From assembly GCF_009914755.1 (NCBI RefSeq), contig NC_060941.1: 64,000 nucleotides of DNA; one strand, written 5' to 3'. The stretch is from the human T2T-CHM13v2.0 reference genome, Homo sapiens. The translations under genes were made by a program, and so were the position numbers. The notes under the pieces were generated by a model. It was not told the DNA's origin, did not search any database, and worked only from the letters and a program-made list of their open reading frames with translations. How positions within the stretch are numbered: the stretch's first letter is position 1; every line of letters begins with the position of its first letter. Shown piece after piece: positions 48,974 through 63,539 of the stretch.

Positions 48974-49921
<948 letters not shown>

Positions 49922-50914
49922 CATATAATTTTTTTGTGTGTGCACATATTTTTAAAGTCTTGCTGACAGGATTTGCTAATGAATTAGATTTCGGGTAGTG
50001 AAGAATTAAGAATGATTCCAGTGGTTTTGGTCAAGCAAGTGTCTAAGATGGGGGAAGGCTACAGAAGCCAGGAAGTTGGGGATGGGGGATCAGGAGCTCT
50101 GTTGTGGATGCACGGAGTTTGAGCTTGTCTGTTAGAAATCCCTGTGGAGATGCTGAAAGGCAGGTGGAATCTGGAGTTCAGAGTCATTTGATAGATTAGG
50201 TGGATGGGTGAGGTGGCAGAAGGCCAACAGGGGTGAGAGGGTGGACTGAAAGGAGGAGAGAATTGAGGCCTGCCCGGGGCATCTGCACTTAGAGGTTAGA
50301 CAATGAGGTAAACCCAGCAGGAAGACGAGGAGTGGCCAGTGAGGTGTAGTTAATCTTCCTGAACGTTAGTTTCCTTGTAATAACTAGGCAGTAGTCATTA
50401 ATAGTACTTCCCTCATAGCATGATGGTGAGGTTCCTGGAATGTGCACTAAAAGTGCTTAGAGCAGTGCCTTGCACGTAGGAGCTGCTCAGTGCGTGTTAG
50501 CTAAAAATGAGAATCTTCTCTAAACCTTCTAAAGAATTGTCAGACCTTGCCTGCTGGCCTTAGTTATCAGGTGAGAGCATCTACAGAGAAACTTGGAGCC
50601 CACCTCAGCCAGGTGGCCTGGGCACTGTAGGATGCCAGCTGCTCAGGGGGAAGACTACTGCCCACAGCCTGGCACCATCAGGCTGGCCAAGACACATCAC
50701 CAAGCCAGCAGGTTTGTGCAACAGACTTGGCTTCCAAAAGGGAGGCCCTGAAGGCCCAGAGACCCTCAGGGATAGGGCCTGGCTGAAGACTGTGGTTAAG
50801 GAGGTGAGAATTTCGAGTCTGGTAATTCTTCTATTAAACAGAAATGTGACTTCATACTCCTGAGCCTCGAAGCCTGGACTTAAATATTAATCCCCAGTGG
50901 GTGAGGCTGTGTAC

Positions 50915-51088
50915 CAGGTCTAGCTACATAATTTGCAGACCCCACTGAAAAAGCAAATGTGGATCTCTTGGTCATGTGTCATGAGGAATGTAAAGGCAGT
51001 TATAGCAGAGCATTAAACCAAGTGTGGGGCCCTTAGCACCAGGGCCCTCTGTGACTGCACAGGTCATAGGCCCATGCAGCTGGCCCTG
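50915..51088 (+). mobile_element. MER45A-like hAT element
   Basis: GCTACATAATTTGC...GCACAGGTCATAGGCCCATGCAGCTGGCCCTG. Confidence 0.65.
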
Positions 51089-51420
51089 TCTGGCCCTGTC
51101 TTGTTTCCATCCACAACGATGGGGGAGGACAGAGTCTGGAAGGTTGAAGAGGGAGGCACTAGACACTCGTGGGTAGAGAGAGCGCTCTGGGTGCAGTGTG
51201 AAGAGTGGGTCACGGTGAGCAGGGGTGCTCGGGGCTGTTGGAGCTCCATGCTGAGATGGGATAAGGTCTGCCCAGATGGGTGGGGAAGGAATGGGAGAGG
51301 AGCGGGACCCTCTCTCTGGGGAGGTTGCCCTGCAGCTTTCTGGCCCTCCCTGTTTCCTGCTCAGTTTTTTTGCCTTCTCCTTGGGAATTCTCCTGGGACT
51401 GCCATTCTGGGATATGCATT

Positions 51421-52652
51421 TTTGTTTGTTTGTTTGTTTGTTTGTTTTTGTTTTTTTGTTTTTGTTTTTTTTGAGACAGTTTCACTCTTGTCGCCCAGGG
51501 TGGAGTGCAATGGCATGATCTCGGCTCACTGCAACCTCTGCCTCCTGCGTTCAGGCGATTCTCCTGCCTCACCCTCTGGAGTAGCTAGGATTACAGTTGT
51601 GCACCCCCACGCTCAGCTAATTTTGTATTTTTAGTAGAGATGGAGTTTCACCATGTTGTTCAGGCTGGTCTCGAACTCCTGATCTCAATTGATCCACCCT
51701 CCTCGGCCTTCCAAAGTGTAGGCATGAGCCACCAGGCCCAGCATGTTCTTTTATTCCACTCCCTTTGGTAGAGAGGGAAGCTTCCCCACTGGTGTGGGGG
51801 CTGAGAGCAGATTTCCCCCACTGACAGAAACGTAGACACCACAACCCCTCCCTCATGGCACCATTGCTATCCCTTCAGGAACTGCGGCTTGGGATGTCCT
51901 GTTGAGTCACATCACACCCAGCCTCTCACTGGCATTGACTGTCTATGACATTCAAAGGCAGAAAAAGTACAATATGACTTTATTTCTTAATTTAATTTAA
52001 TGTTCATGAAGCAAGGATTGAACAATAGAACTTAACAAAAGTTTTAGACAACCTCTGTCTTATTTATTAATTATTTTTTATTTTTCAGATTGGGTCTCAC
52101 TGTGTTGCTCAGGCTGTAGCACAGTGGTGCGATCTCTGCTCACTGCAACCTCCACCTCCTGCCTCAGCCTCCTGAGTAGCTGGGACCACAGGCGGGCACC
52201 ACCACGCCTGGCTAATTTTTTATATTTTTGGTAGAGATGGGGTTTCATCATGGTACTCAGGCTGGTCTTCAACTCCCGAGCTCAAGTGATTTGCCGCCTT
52301 GGCCTCCCAAAGTGCTGGCATTACAGGTTTGCAACACTGAGGCTGGCCAATACAACTTTTTTTTTCTTTTTTGAGACGGAGTTTCACTCTTGTTGCCCAG
52401 GCTAGAGTGCAGTGGCATGATCTTGGCTCACTGCAACCTCCACCTCCCAGCTCAAGGCATCCTGCCACCTCAGCCTCCTGAGTAATGGGGACCATAAGCA
52501 TGCACCACCACGCCCGGCTAATTTTTTGTATTTTTAGTAGAGATGGGGTTTCACCATGTTGCCCAAGGGTCTCGAACTCCTGGGCTCAAGTGATCCTCCC
52601 ACCTAGGCATCCCAAAGTGCTGGGATTACAGGCATGAGCCACTGTGCCTGGG
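51421..52652 (-). mobile_element. Three reverse Alus (51455-51740 with a GTTT tail, 52070-52348, 52357-52652)
   Basis: Recognisable reverse Alus. Confidence 0.88.
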
Positions 52653-54944
52653 CAACAATTTTAAAGAAAAAAATAATAAGAACGGTGTCACCAAAACTTT
52701 GGCATAAGGAACCTAGATACTGAGCAACTAAGCATTCCTCTCAGATGCCCAGGGCACAGGGAACAGATGAGGCATTTCAATCTCCATGAAATGGGGAGCA
52801 TAGCTGCAGGAAGGGCAATCATCATAAGCCCTAGTGTCTTTAGTTTACCCCTCCCCGCCTAGGCACTTAACCACCCACCCACATCACTCCAGTCCCACCT
52901 GTCCAGGGGAACAAGAATGTCAGAAGACAAGAAACGATTCTTGAATGGTGGAATTTCAGGCACCATGGTTATCATAATATGTGTTGTGTTCATGGGTGCG
53001 TGATGGCGGCAGAGGGATCTTTGTCTCCTACCGGGGACGAGATTAGTGTTGCCTCTACTTACCATAAAATGGGTCCTCCCAGGATATTAAATCCAGCTTG
53101 TGAAAGATCTCTGTGTTAAATTGACCCACTCAATTCAATGATGAACCGCAAGCTTTTTGGAGCACTGTGATATGTGAGTGGGGCCCTTTCTGCAAAGAGC
53201 TCACAGGCCAGTGCAAGAGTAAGAAAGCAGAGAGTTTTGAGGCAGGAGTGTCCCCTGACACTGAGGACAAGCATGGGAGACTTTGGTGGCTTGGAAGAAA
53301 TGAGCTGGGCCAGCCTGGAGGTGAGGGAGGGTTTCCAAGAAGAGGTGACTTCTGAGTCCTGAGTGGTATATCGCTATGTAGGAGTGAAAGTGGTGGTGGT
53401 CTCCAGGCAAAGAGCGATTTCAAGGTCAATTGGCTTGTGATTGGAGCACCTTCTGCTCGGACTCTGGATCCCACGACTCGAGCAGATTCGAGGCCTCCAT
53501 TTCAGCGAGTATCCTGCTTTTCTCTGCACTACCATTTTATCCCTTTTATTCTCATTTGCACACAAACATGTTCTAGTATCTCCCTTCAAGAAAGAAAGAA
53601 GGAAGGCAAGACAGAGGAAGGGAGGAAGGATGGGAGGAAGGAAGGAAGGAGGGAAGGAAGGAAGGAAGGAAAGAAAGAAAGAGGCGGGGAGAGAGAGGGA
53701 GGGAGGAGGGAGGGAGCGGACCTCTCTATCAGTTAGGGTCCTGGCAGGAATCATAATCGGCTCAGATGGCTCAACTGATGTCAAAGAGGTCTAGGCTATG
53801 TTTCTGGTTATTCTATGAATAAAACCCACTGAGCTAATACTGATTACCTTTTGACTACCACTGTGGCATTCAAGCAAGCTGATATAGGTGAAAGGACTTC
53901 AAAGAGTTTAAAAAACAATGGTACAACAGAAAATCAACTCAATCAATGAATGATCATCATCATGACTTATATCACAGATGTGAAAGTATCTCATGGCATT
54001 CAGATCCCAGGAATTTTTGTTCCTGGACTCAAACACTTGCTGCATTTCCTGCAGGCAGGCAACAGAGCAAGGGCATTGAAAACATGAATTCGGCTTCAAT
54101 GAATTTATCTGGAATGGTGCAATCGGAACATCTAGAAAGAGACTGTTTTCATTTCACCATACATTTAGATTTCGTGTTTTGTGGTTTTTAGTGTTATTTT
54201 TATTTTGACTCATATTTGTGGGAATAGATGCCATAATCCCTTCAATGCTTTGACCCTGGAAAGGACATTACGTCATCCTTCATTTCTAGTCACTCCTCAT
54301 CCCCTTCCAAACAACCTGCCAGAAACAGCTGCCAGCCCTCAACTCACTGCCCCAATCTGTGTGCATCACCTCTTTCTGTAGCCTGTGATCATTGGGAAGC
54401 TTCTGGAAAATAATATCCTAGCTATGGAAATGATTGGCACTGTTCCAGTGTGCTTACTCATGCAGGGCTCAGAGGCTGGGGGCTTTCTGTGTATTGCTCA
54501 CTTAATCTCTGTGACAACCCTACTCAGGCAATTTTCAGATAAGAACCCTGAGGCTCAGAGAGATAAAGTGACTTGGTTAAGGTCACATTGCAAAGGAGGG
54601 TTAGAAATGAAATTTAAACAATTTCCGCTTCTGCAGCCCTGGCCTTTAAACCATTCTTCATGCTGCTGCCTCATGGAGGCTGGAACCAGAGGGGGCAAAG
54701 AGATGACCTCATTCTGAGTCTTCACTTTATGGAATTATATGTCAATAATACGAGACCTCATCAACTCCCAAATCCAGGTTGCCAGATCCTCTGTTCATAT
54801 TTCACATATATGTGTAATATATGTGACTATAAATTTAATAGGAAAGGAAGTTTCCTTTAAAAGACCCAGTAGAATATTTAGGTGCCTATGAGGAAATTCA
54901 GTCTTGCAAAAGTAAAACAGTGGAACTTCTTTTTTTGTGTTGGT

Positions 54945-55242
54945 TTTTTTTGTTTGTTTTGAGACAGGGTCTCACTCTGTCACCTGGGCTGGAGTGCAGT
55001 GGCATGAACGTGGCTCATTGCAGCCTCAACTTACCAGGCTCAAGTGGTCTCCTGCCTCAGTCTCCCAAGTAGCTGGGACCACAGGCACATGCCACCATGC
55101 CTGGCTAATTTTTGTATTTTTTTGTAGAGATGGGGTTTTGCCATGTTGCCCAGGCTGATCTTGAACTCCTGGGCTCAAGAGATCCTCCTGCCTTGGTCTC
55201 CCAAAGTGTTGGGATTACAGATGTGAGCCACTGTGCCCGGCC
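54945..55242 (-). mobile_element. Alu (AluJ-like)
   Basis: Reverse Alu dimer. Confidence 0.88.
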
Positions 55243-55330
55243 AAGCACAGACAACTCTTCCAAGACGTCTTGCTATAAACGTAAGCAGAGAAAGGGCAGA
55301 AGCTGGAAGGGGATTTGGGGATGAGGGAAG

Positions 55331-55800
55331 GTGTGCTGGCCATTATCCCATCCAAGGTCCATTCACTGTCCATTTGGGTCCCACTCTGGGCCCCGGGGGA
55401 GAGAGACCCTTTTGCACTGCATTACTGGGGCTCTTCTGGTTAGAACACTTCCATATGGGTTCAGCCAAGGGGAAGCAAAGGCAGGAGAACTGAAGGCTGG
55501 AGGAAAGAGAGAGCAGGTGTTCTGCCCATCCCTCTCTGCTTCAGTGCCCTGTCTCGGGCAGGAGCTGTGTCCCCCTCCATGCCTGCAGTTCCTTCCAGGC
55601 TGCCCTTTTCTCAATGGCTCCTGGAATGCTATTTCTTCCCTTGGTCCTTTCTGGGCCAGGAGTTGTCACCCTACAAACCTTCATTTGTCTCTGGGTGCTG
55701 CAACATCCTTGTTTGTTCCCTTAACTTTGTTAGTAGCCTCTTTGAATCAGTTGAACCAACTGAGAGAATCCTGATTTCTGCCAGGACCCTAACTGATAGA
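55331..55800 (-). mobile_element. Old ERVL LTR (LTR33-like) inserted in L2 sequence
   Basis: The - strand starts TATCAGTTAGGGTCCTGGCAGAAA, which resembles the LTR33 start. The flanks are L2-like. Confidence 0.5.
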
Positions 55801-55898
55801 GTGGTCCCTCCCTCCCTCCCTCCCTTCCTTCCTTCCCTCCCTCCCTTAAGGGAGATACTAGAATATGTTTGTGTGCAAATCAGAATAACAGGGCAGAT

Positions 55899-56193
55899 GG
55901 CTGGGTGCAGTGGTTTATGCCTGTAATCCCAGCATTTTGGGAGGCTGAGGTGGGCAGGTCGCTTGAGGCCGGAAGTTTGAGACCAGCCTGGCCAACATGG
56001 TGAAACCCCATCTCTACTAAAAATACAATTAGCCAGGCATGATGGCAACATGCTTGTAATCCTAGCTACTCGAGAGGCTGAGGCAGGAGAATTGCTTGAG
56101 TCTGGGAGGCGGAGGTTGCAGTGAGCCAAGATAGCACCACTGCACTCCAGCCTGGGTGACACAGCAAGACTCTGTCTCAAAAAAAAAAAAAAA
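55899..56193 (+). mobile_element. AluS with TSD
   Basis: TSD AGAATAACAGGGCAGA (55882-55897) / AGAATAACAGAGCAGA (56193-56208). Confidence 0.92.
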
Positions 56194-56491
56194 GAATAAC
56201 AGAGCAGAAAGGGAGAAAATGATGATGCAGAGAAAAGCAGGATACTCACTGGATCAAAGGCCTTGAGCCTGCTCGAGGGCCTGGGATCCACAGTCCCAGC
56301 AGATAGACATTGCCTTAGACTCCAGCAGGATGCCTCTTCGGCGGTTGCAGGAGGAAAGGCAGGAAGCCTGGGCGCAGGGGCAGGAGGGTTGATAGATCTG
56401 GCCTGAGGGCTTTGAGTTTCTCAAAGGAGGGCGAGCCATGCCCATCAGCTGAGGAGTGCAGGGGAGTTTGTGCAGATAGAAGACAGTATGA

Positions 56492-56999
<508 letters not shown>

Positions 57000-59900
57000 T
57001 AGGTTTTGGAAGAGTTGGGACTTAGCCAGGTTTACGTGATGGACAGAGAGGGGCAGGTTTATTGAGGGTTTCAGCCGGGGAGTGACAGTCATGGTGGAGC
57101 GTGGGATCTACTCGGGGTTAGAAGGGAAGCAAGCACATGAGTGGGTGACAGTGAAAAAGGTGATACTGAAAGAGGATTGGAGGCTCTGATGAAGCATGGC
57201 ATGGAGGGGGAGCTAGAGCCTGTGATAACTGAGTTGAAGTGATTGGGAGAAGACTGCAAGAAACAGCAAGTGAGGGAGCACAGGGTGTACCCTGATGGTA
57301 TCAGCTGGGCAAGGGTTTTGAAAGCAGAGGAGGAGAAATGGCTCAGAAAGTAACTGAATGAAAAGAGGGCACCCACATCCCCTCCTGGCCTTCCCAGGAC
57401 GTTTCTCCCTACGTCTCCCAGAGCAGTTCTGTCTCTTGCCAGGTTGCCTGAAAAAGCCCACAACAACTTGGGTGGCTTCAGTTTTAGGCCAAATCAGGCC
57501 ATTTTTCAACTTTGTTTCTCCTTACAGCCTGATCCACAGCCTGGTTCTGACTGCACTGCACAGGTGGTAGTAATGTGTCTTCTAGGATGGGCACACGGGA
57601 GTCAGATCTCTAGACAGAAGGCCTGGTTTCTTCTCCTGTAAACTGCATTCCCTCCCTCATTTGTTTATTCAAACATGTGTTAAGCACTACTGCATGCCAG
57701 TCCTATTTGCTTTATTTTCTTTACCTCTCTCAGCCACCCTGAGGGGAGGGATTATTTTTTATTTATTTTCATTTTTATTTTGTAGAGACAGGGTCTCACC
57801 ATGTTGTCCAGCGTTGTCTCGAACTCCTGGGCTCAAGTAATGGGGGGAGGATTATTACGCTCATTTTTACAAATGAGGAAATAAAACTCAGAGAGCTGAA
57901 AAATTTGCCAAGGTCATATTGGGTCTATCTGAGTCCAAGGAGACTCACTATCCAGATAGGGAAAGAATCAGGTAGGGAAATAATAAAACATAAGTCGTTG
58001 TGCAAAGTTTTAAGGGAACATGGAAGTTAGAGAGATTACTCCTGTTATGGGAGAAGAGGTGGGGTGCATGTGAGTTAGACTTCCAGGATTAGTAGAAATT
58101 TACATATGGAGCTGGAGAGGAAGGACTGCAGGCAGAAGTGATAGCCTGAGCAAAGACATCATGACATGAAACTCCATGGTGTGACCAAGATTGTTGAGTT
58201 AAAGGCAGAGACAAGATTGTCTATAGGCCTGGGGTTCATGAACAGCCTCAAGGAGATGGTCCACAAACCCCCAGACATTTGATCTCAGTTGTGGGTGTCT
58301 TTTTTTTTTTTTCTAGAGAGAGGCTTTTTATTTTCATCGATTCTTCAAACCGGGACATTCACTCAAAACAGCCTTGGGTAGCAGATAAGCTTGGAGACAT
58401 CAGCAGGGCCCGGGAACACAGGACCTTGTAGCCCTGGTTCAAGAATTCATACTTCACTCTGAGGCCAACAAGGAACCCATGGTGTTTTCTAGCTGGGAGA
58501 AAGCACCCACCTTAAGCACCCTTTCTAGCCTTAGGAAGACAACACAGTTTACTGTGAGCTGAAATAGATGGAAAGTTCTTCTATAAACTAGAACACAATC
58601 TACTGTTTACTGCCGTATCCCTAGAGTTGGGCACAGTGCTGAGCACATATTGGGGGTTCAGTAGATATTTGTTGAATGAATGAATGAATGTGCACAGGTG
58701 TACATCATAACAATAAAAAGAATGTATATCTCCAGGGTGGCTCCGTGCATTTCTTGACTGATTTAACTGAAGGTGAAATCCACGAACCATAAACTCTAGA
58801 GCTTCAGGCTCTAACAGAAACCTACTGAGTCCTGAGATGATGCTAGGAGTGGCGGGGCAGGGGTGGGTAGGGGAGAGTGGGTTTGGCACCTGAGGGTGTG
58901 GTTACACCTGGCTGCAGGATAGGGCTCTTCCCAAAGTGCCCTTTGGCGTCTTTGGAGGAGTGGAGGCTACACGGTCAGGATGGCCGGAATTCTTCTTTTC
59001 CTCCTTCGACATTAAATCCATCTGCTTGTCCTGTTGACTCTGTCTCCAAAACATGTCCTCTATCCCCTCTATTTCCTCCCTCTCCTCCACTCTCACCCGG
59101 TTCCTGCTCCCCACCTGGCCTGGGCCACCGCAGCTGTCTCAAAACCAGAGCCATGGCTGTGCCCTTGCCTCCCTACCATTGGCTCTCCATGTGGCAGCCT
59201 GAGGGATCTTTAAAACTCTCCACCTGAAAAGAACGTGACTTTCTTAGAGTACCGTGTTTCTAAAAATTTAATCTATTTTTGGGTCATGTGGGAATTTTGC
59301 TAAGATGCAGTTTGTGATTCAGTTATCTGGGGTTGGGCTCAAGACTGCGTTTCTAATAAGCTCCCAGGCCATACAGTTGCTGCTGCTCCTGGACCGCATT
59401 AGGAGTAACAAAGGCTTGGAGAAAAACCCAAACTTCCTTCCCATGTCCCACTTTATCTGGCCCCTGCATAGCTCTCCCACATCATCTCCAGCCCTTGCTC
59501 CTCTCCCTCATCTTGCTATGGCTTCTCTGGCCTTCACTTTGTTCCTGGAGTATGCCAAGCTGCTCCTACCTCAGGGCCTTTGCACATGATGTTCCCACTG
59601 CCTGGAGTGCTCCTTTCCTGGAACATTCCACATGGCTTGCTTTTCCTTATTTACATCTTAGTTCAATGGTCAGATAATAATTCTCTGTCCACTTCACCTA
59701 GTGAAGTACCTTAGCCACCAGAGACTCTCGGCTATTTGCTTTCTTCTTCTTCTGCGTAGCACTTATGATTCTCAGTTTATTTTGGTAATATATTTGTTGA
59801 CATTCATTTCCTGTCCTTCCCTTCATGTATGTTCCACAGGGATAAGGACTCGGCTTCCTTCGCTTTGAGCCTACCCCAGAGCCTGGCGCATGCTAAGTGT

Positions 59901-60688
59901 CCTCTTCATGTTTCTTGGGCCTGTGCATGAAAATGCTCCCACCGCTGCTGTTGGTGTTTGGATGCAGACAAGCTCGGAAAAGCAATGAAGGGACCCGAGA
60001 CAGAGGAGAGGAAGGAGAGAGTAAGCAAACTTTCTCTACTGAGGTGCCTCAGAAAAAGCCTCAAGAACCTGGAGATGATGCTGAAACCCTGAATCAACAC
60101 ATAATAGATCAATTCATCTAACTAGAAGAGATTCATTCTGGAAGGTGAGGAAGAAAGTAATGCATAGTTCAATGAGTTAAGCATTTGGAACAGTTTCAGT
60201 AGACATACAGTAAATATTTATCAAATAAATAAATATGCCGAACCCTTATTTTATGACCATTACTTTGTGTTATATAATCTGTTCATCCTCATAAAACATT
60301 ATCACCATCTTGCAAATAAGAAGCTGTGCTACCAGATTAGGAGATTTGCCCGAGGTCATATAAGACTCGTCAAAGGTCATACAGCGATTCAGAGACAGAG
60401 CTGACTACCCTACTCTCTAAAACAGCTCTATTCGAAGTTGTAAAGGCCATATTCCCTGTCCCCTTCCCTGCAGTGCCATACCACCTGTTACCACTGACAC
60501 ACTGTGCATTTATCTGCTTGTCTGTTTCCTCTCACCACAGCATAAATTCCCTAAGGGTAAGAATCTTCATTTTGTTCACTACCCTTTTCCAGAGCCCAGA
60601 ACAGGGCCTGCCATGTAAGTGGCACTTCATGAATGCTTACTGAATGTTAAAAGGATGAATGAAGGGATTATTTAAAAATCCTTATTTC

Positions 60689-62426
60689 GGCCAGGTGCCA
60701 TGGCTCATGCCTGTAATCCTAGCACTTTTGGGAGAGTGAGGCCAAGAACAGGAGTTTGAGACCAGTCTACATGACACAGCAAGACCCTGTCCCTACAAAA
60801 AATTTAAAAATTAGTCAGATGCGGTGGCAGGCACCTGTAGTCCCAGCTACTCAGGAGGCTGAGGCAGGAGGATGGCTTGAGCCCAGGACTTTTGAGGCTG
60901 CAGTGAGCTTTCTCGCACCACTGCACTCCAACCTGGGCAACAGAGCAAATCCCTGTCTCTTAAAAACAAAAAACAAAAACAAAAAAGTTTCTCCACCTCT
61001 GAGGGGCAGTTCTGTAAACTTGTGGCTGACAGATGACTCAAATCCAGGCAAGAAGGCTGGAGGCCATCTGTGAGGAAGGAAAACTGTGGCCTGCTGAATG
61101 CTCTGGATAATCAGAGGGAAGACTGTATCCACAGAGGACAGACTCGCTGCATGGAACCTGGCGGGAGAGTAACCAGGGAGCTGGCATTTGTCCAGTCTCA
61201 GGCTCTGACATCACCCCTGTGGTGACATGGGTGGGCATGAATGCCACAAGCTGGCAGTGGCTCTTCTCAGGATGTGGCTTCCCACATAAAGTGGCCCTAG
61301 AGGGAGAATGTGATGACCAGGTCCCTGTGGCAATAACAAGTTTGATGTAAGTGCATAAATAGGCACTTACCAGAACATTTCTTGTGAGCCAGGCATGGTA
61401 GTTCACGCCTATAATCCCAGCACTTCAGGAGGCTGAAGGGGAAGGATTGCTTGAGCCCGAGAGTTTGAGACCAGCAGCCTGGGCAACGTAGAGAGACTCC
61501 ATTTCTAAAAAAAAGGAAAAAAAAAAAAAAGTTAACGTTAGCCGGGCATGGTGGCACACTCCTATAGTCCCAGCTACTTGGGAAGCTGGGGTGGGAGGAT
61601 CGCCTGAGTCTGGGAGGTCGAGGCTGCACTGAGCCATGATCATGCTACTGTACTCCAGCCTGAGTGACAGAGCAAGACCCTGTTTCAAAAAAAAAAAAAT
61701 CTTTTGTGAATTGTGTTAGAATGAGTGAGTCGTTCAAGCCTGGCAGCTCTGGCTGCTGGACAGAGGCTCTGAACCAGCCAGGTTGGGTTGTGGATAGTCC
61801 CTTGAGATAGTTCTCTGCCCACTGACCTTCCTCTGTGCCTAGGCTTCTCAAAGTATAGACTTGCGACTGGGCTCAGACTAACCACATCAGTACCACCTGA
61901 GAACCTGATAGAAATGCAGATTCTCCTGCCCTGTCCTCTGATCTACAAAATTAGAAACTATAGAGGTGAGCTCCATGGTTCTGGGAATTAACAAGCCCTC
62001 CAAGTGATTCTGATGCATGTTCAAGTTTGAGAACCACAACTAGTTTCCCTTTCATAATAGTTACTACTTTGCAAGGAGTCGGATGGGGTTAAGGTAACAG
62101 GTTGAGAAATTCATAATATCGTGCAGGCGGTCTTTTTATAAGTTGAGTGAGGACTGGATCAATGACTCTCAATGGGAAAGGCCAGGGGTTAGGGAGGAAC
62201 CTCCTTGCATTTGGAAAATCTCGAGGAGGGGTTAATTTGCAAAAACAAGTTTTAAAGTTATAGTTTTGCTTCCTAGACCTGATTTTTAAAAATTTATTAT
62301 TTTTTTTAGAGACAGGGTCTTGTCACATTGCCCAGGCTGGTCTCGAACTCCTGGCTTTAAGTGATCCTTCCCCCTTGGCCTCTCAAAAGTGCTGGCATTA
62401 CAGGCATGAGCCACGGTGCCCAGCCC
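60689..62426. mobile_element. Alus at 60689-60986 (+), 61387-61699 (+) and a monomer at 62295-62426 (-); MER5A-like element at ~61845-62040
   Basis: Alu arms are clear. MER5A text: AGAAATGCAGATTCTC...AACAAGCCCTCCAAGTGATTCTGATGCA...AGTTTGAGAACCAC. Confidence 0.8.
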
Positions 62427-63460
62427 TTAATTTATTTCGAAGGCTGGTGTAATATAAACATTAAAGGAAGGTGTAATACAAACTGCCATCCATTATTGAT
62501 TGTTTTAGTGTCTACAAGGTTTGGATCCCACCTCCTGTCCAATTCTCATCCTCAAACACAAAAACAAAACCAAAAAAACAACTGTCTATCTACACACACA
62601 CACACACCCTCGGCTGGCCTGAGAGGTAAAAGAAACATCCCATAGGACCTGCTGAAAGAGCTCCTGAGGCACGCTGGAGCCTTTCTTGTGTGCCATGCAC
62701 TGTATCTGGCACTATAAAGAGGGTACAATAGCTAGTGGCTTCTGCAATCAAGCAGCTTACAAGAGAAAATTGAGAGGGGAGACATTTTTTCTGGTTGACA
62801 GATGTCGAAAGCATGAAGGTGTGGGAGCTTTGATCAGAGACTTGGTTTTTCAGTTTTGCCAGATAATAGAACGCATGGGGTGAACTAATGGGAGAGGAGG
62901 GTGAACAGATGGGCAAGGCTTGATTGCTGGGTTAGGAGGCACAGAAATGCACAGAGGACAAAGGACTACCAGTCCTTGGCAGTACTGTACTGCTCCATGG
63001 CCACTACCTGGGTCCAGGGCCACATTCAGATCTGAGGTTAGATAGTAAGAATTGCTAACATTTATCCAGCGACCACATGTGCCAGTAATCAATCTAGGTG
63101 CTGTACATGTATTAACTGATTCTTCATAGGAACCCTATTAAAGAGTTATTTGATGAGGAGAGTCGGGCATTCACTGGAAATCGAACGTGCCCAAAGTCTC
63201 ACCCTAGACCGTGGTGGAGTCAGAATTTGAATCCTGGCCACTTGCTCCGAAGCCACCGACAATTCAGTGTGCTGTCCCCCGTGTCTGGGCTGGCTTGGTG
63301 GGCTGGGAATGGCGGGGGAATGGGACACTTATTTTGGCAGGTAAATGTGGTTCAGAAGAAAGCTCTTCGTCTTTCTCCAAGCCTGAGCAATCGTTTTGGC
63401 GCAGGCAGTCCAGAGTAGAGCGCTTTGTGAGCCAGCTACAGAAGTGCTGTAAGCCCCTTC

Positions 63461-63474
63461 CCACTAGATGGCAG
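63461..63474 (+). promoter_or_regulatory. CTCF consensus motif
   Basis: CCACTAGATGGCAG matches the CTCF core CCASYAGRKGGCRS. Confidence 0.6.
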
Positions 63475-63539
63475 CCCCTAAACCCACATACAAATCCTGG
63501 AACCTCCCTGGTCCCCATCTTCCAGGGCTGGGCTGCAGC

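Larger units (their letters stand above)
53452..56303. repeat. Inverted repeat: arms 53452-53789 and 55737-56303 (Alu 55899-56193 inside the right arm)
   Basis: ATTTGCACACAAACATGTTCTAGTATCTCCCTT and CTCTATCAGTTAGGGTCCTGGCAG recur as near reverse complements ~2 kb away. Confidence 0.9.
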
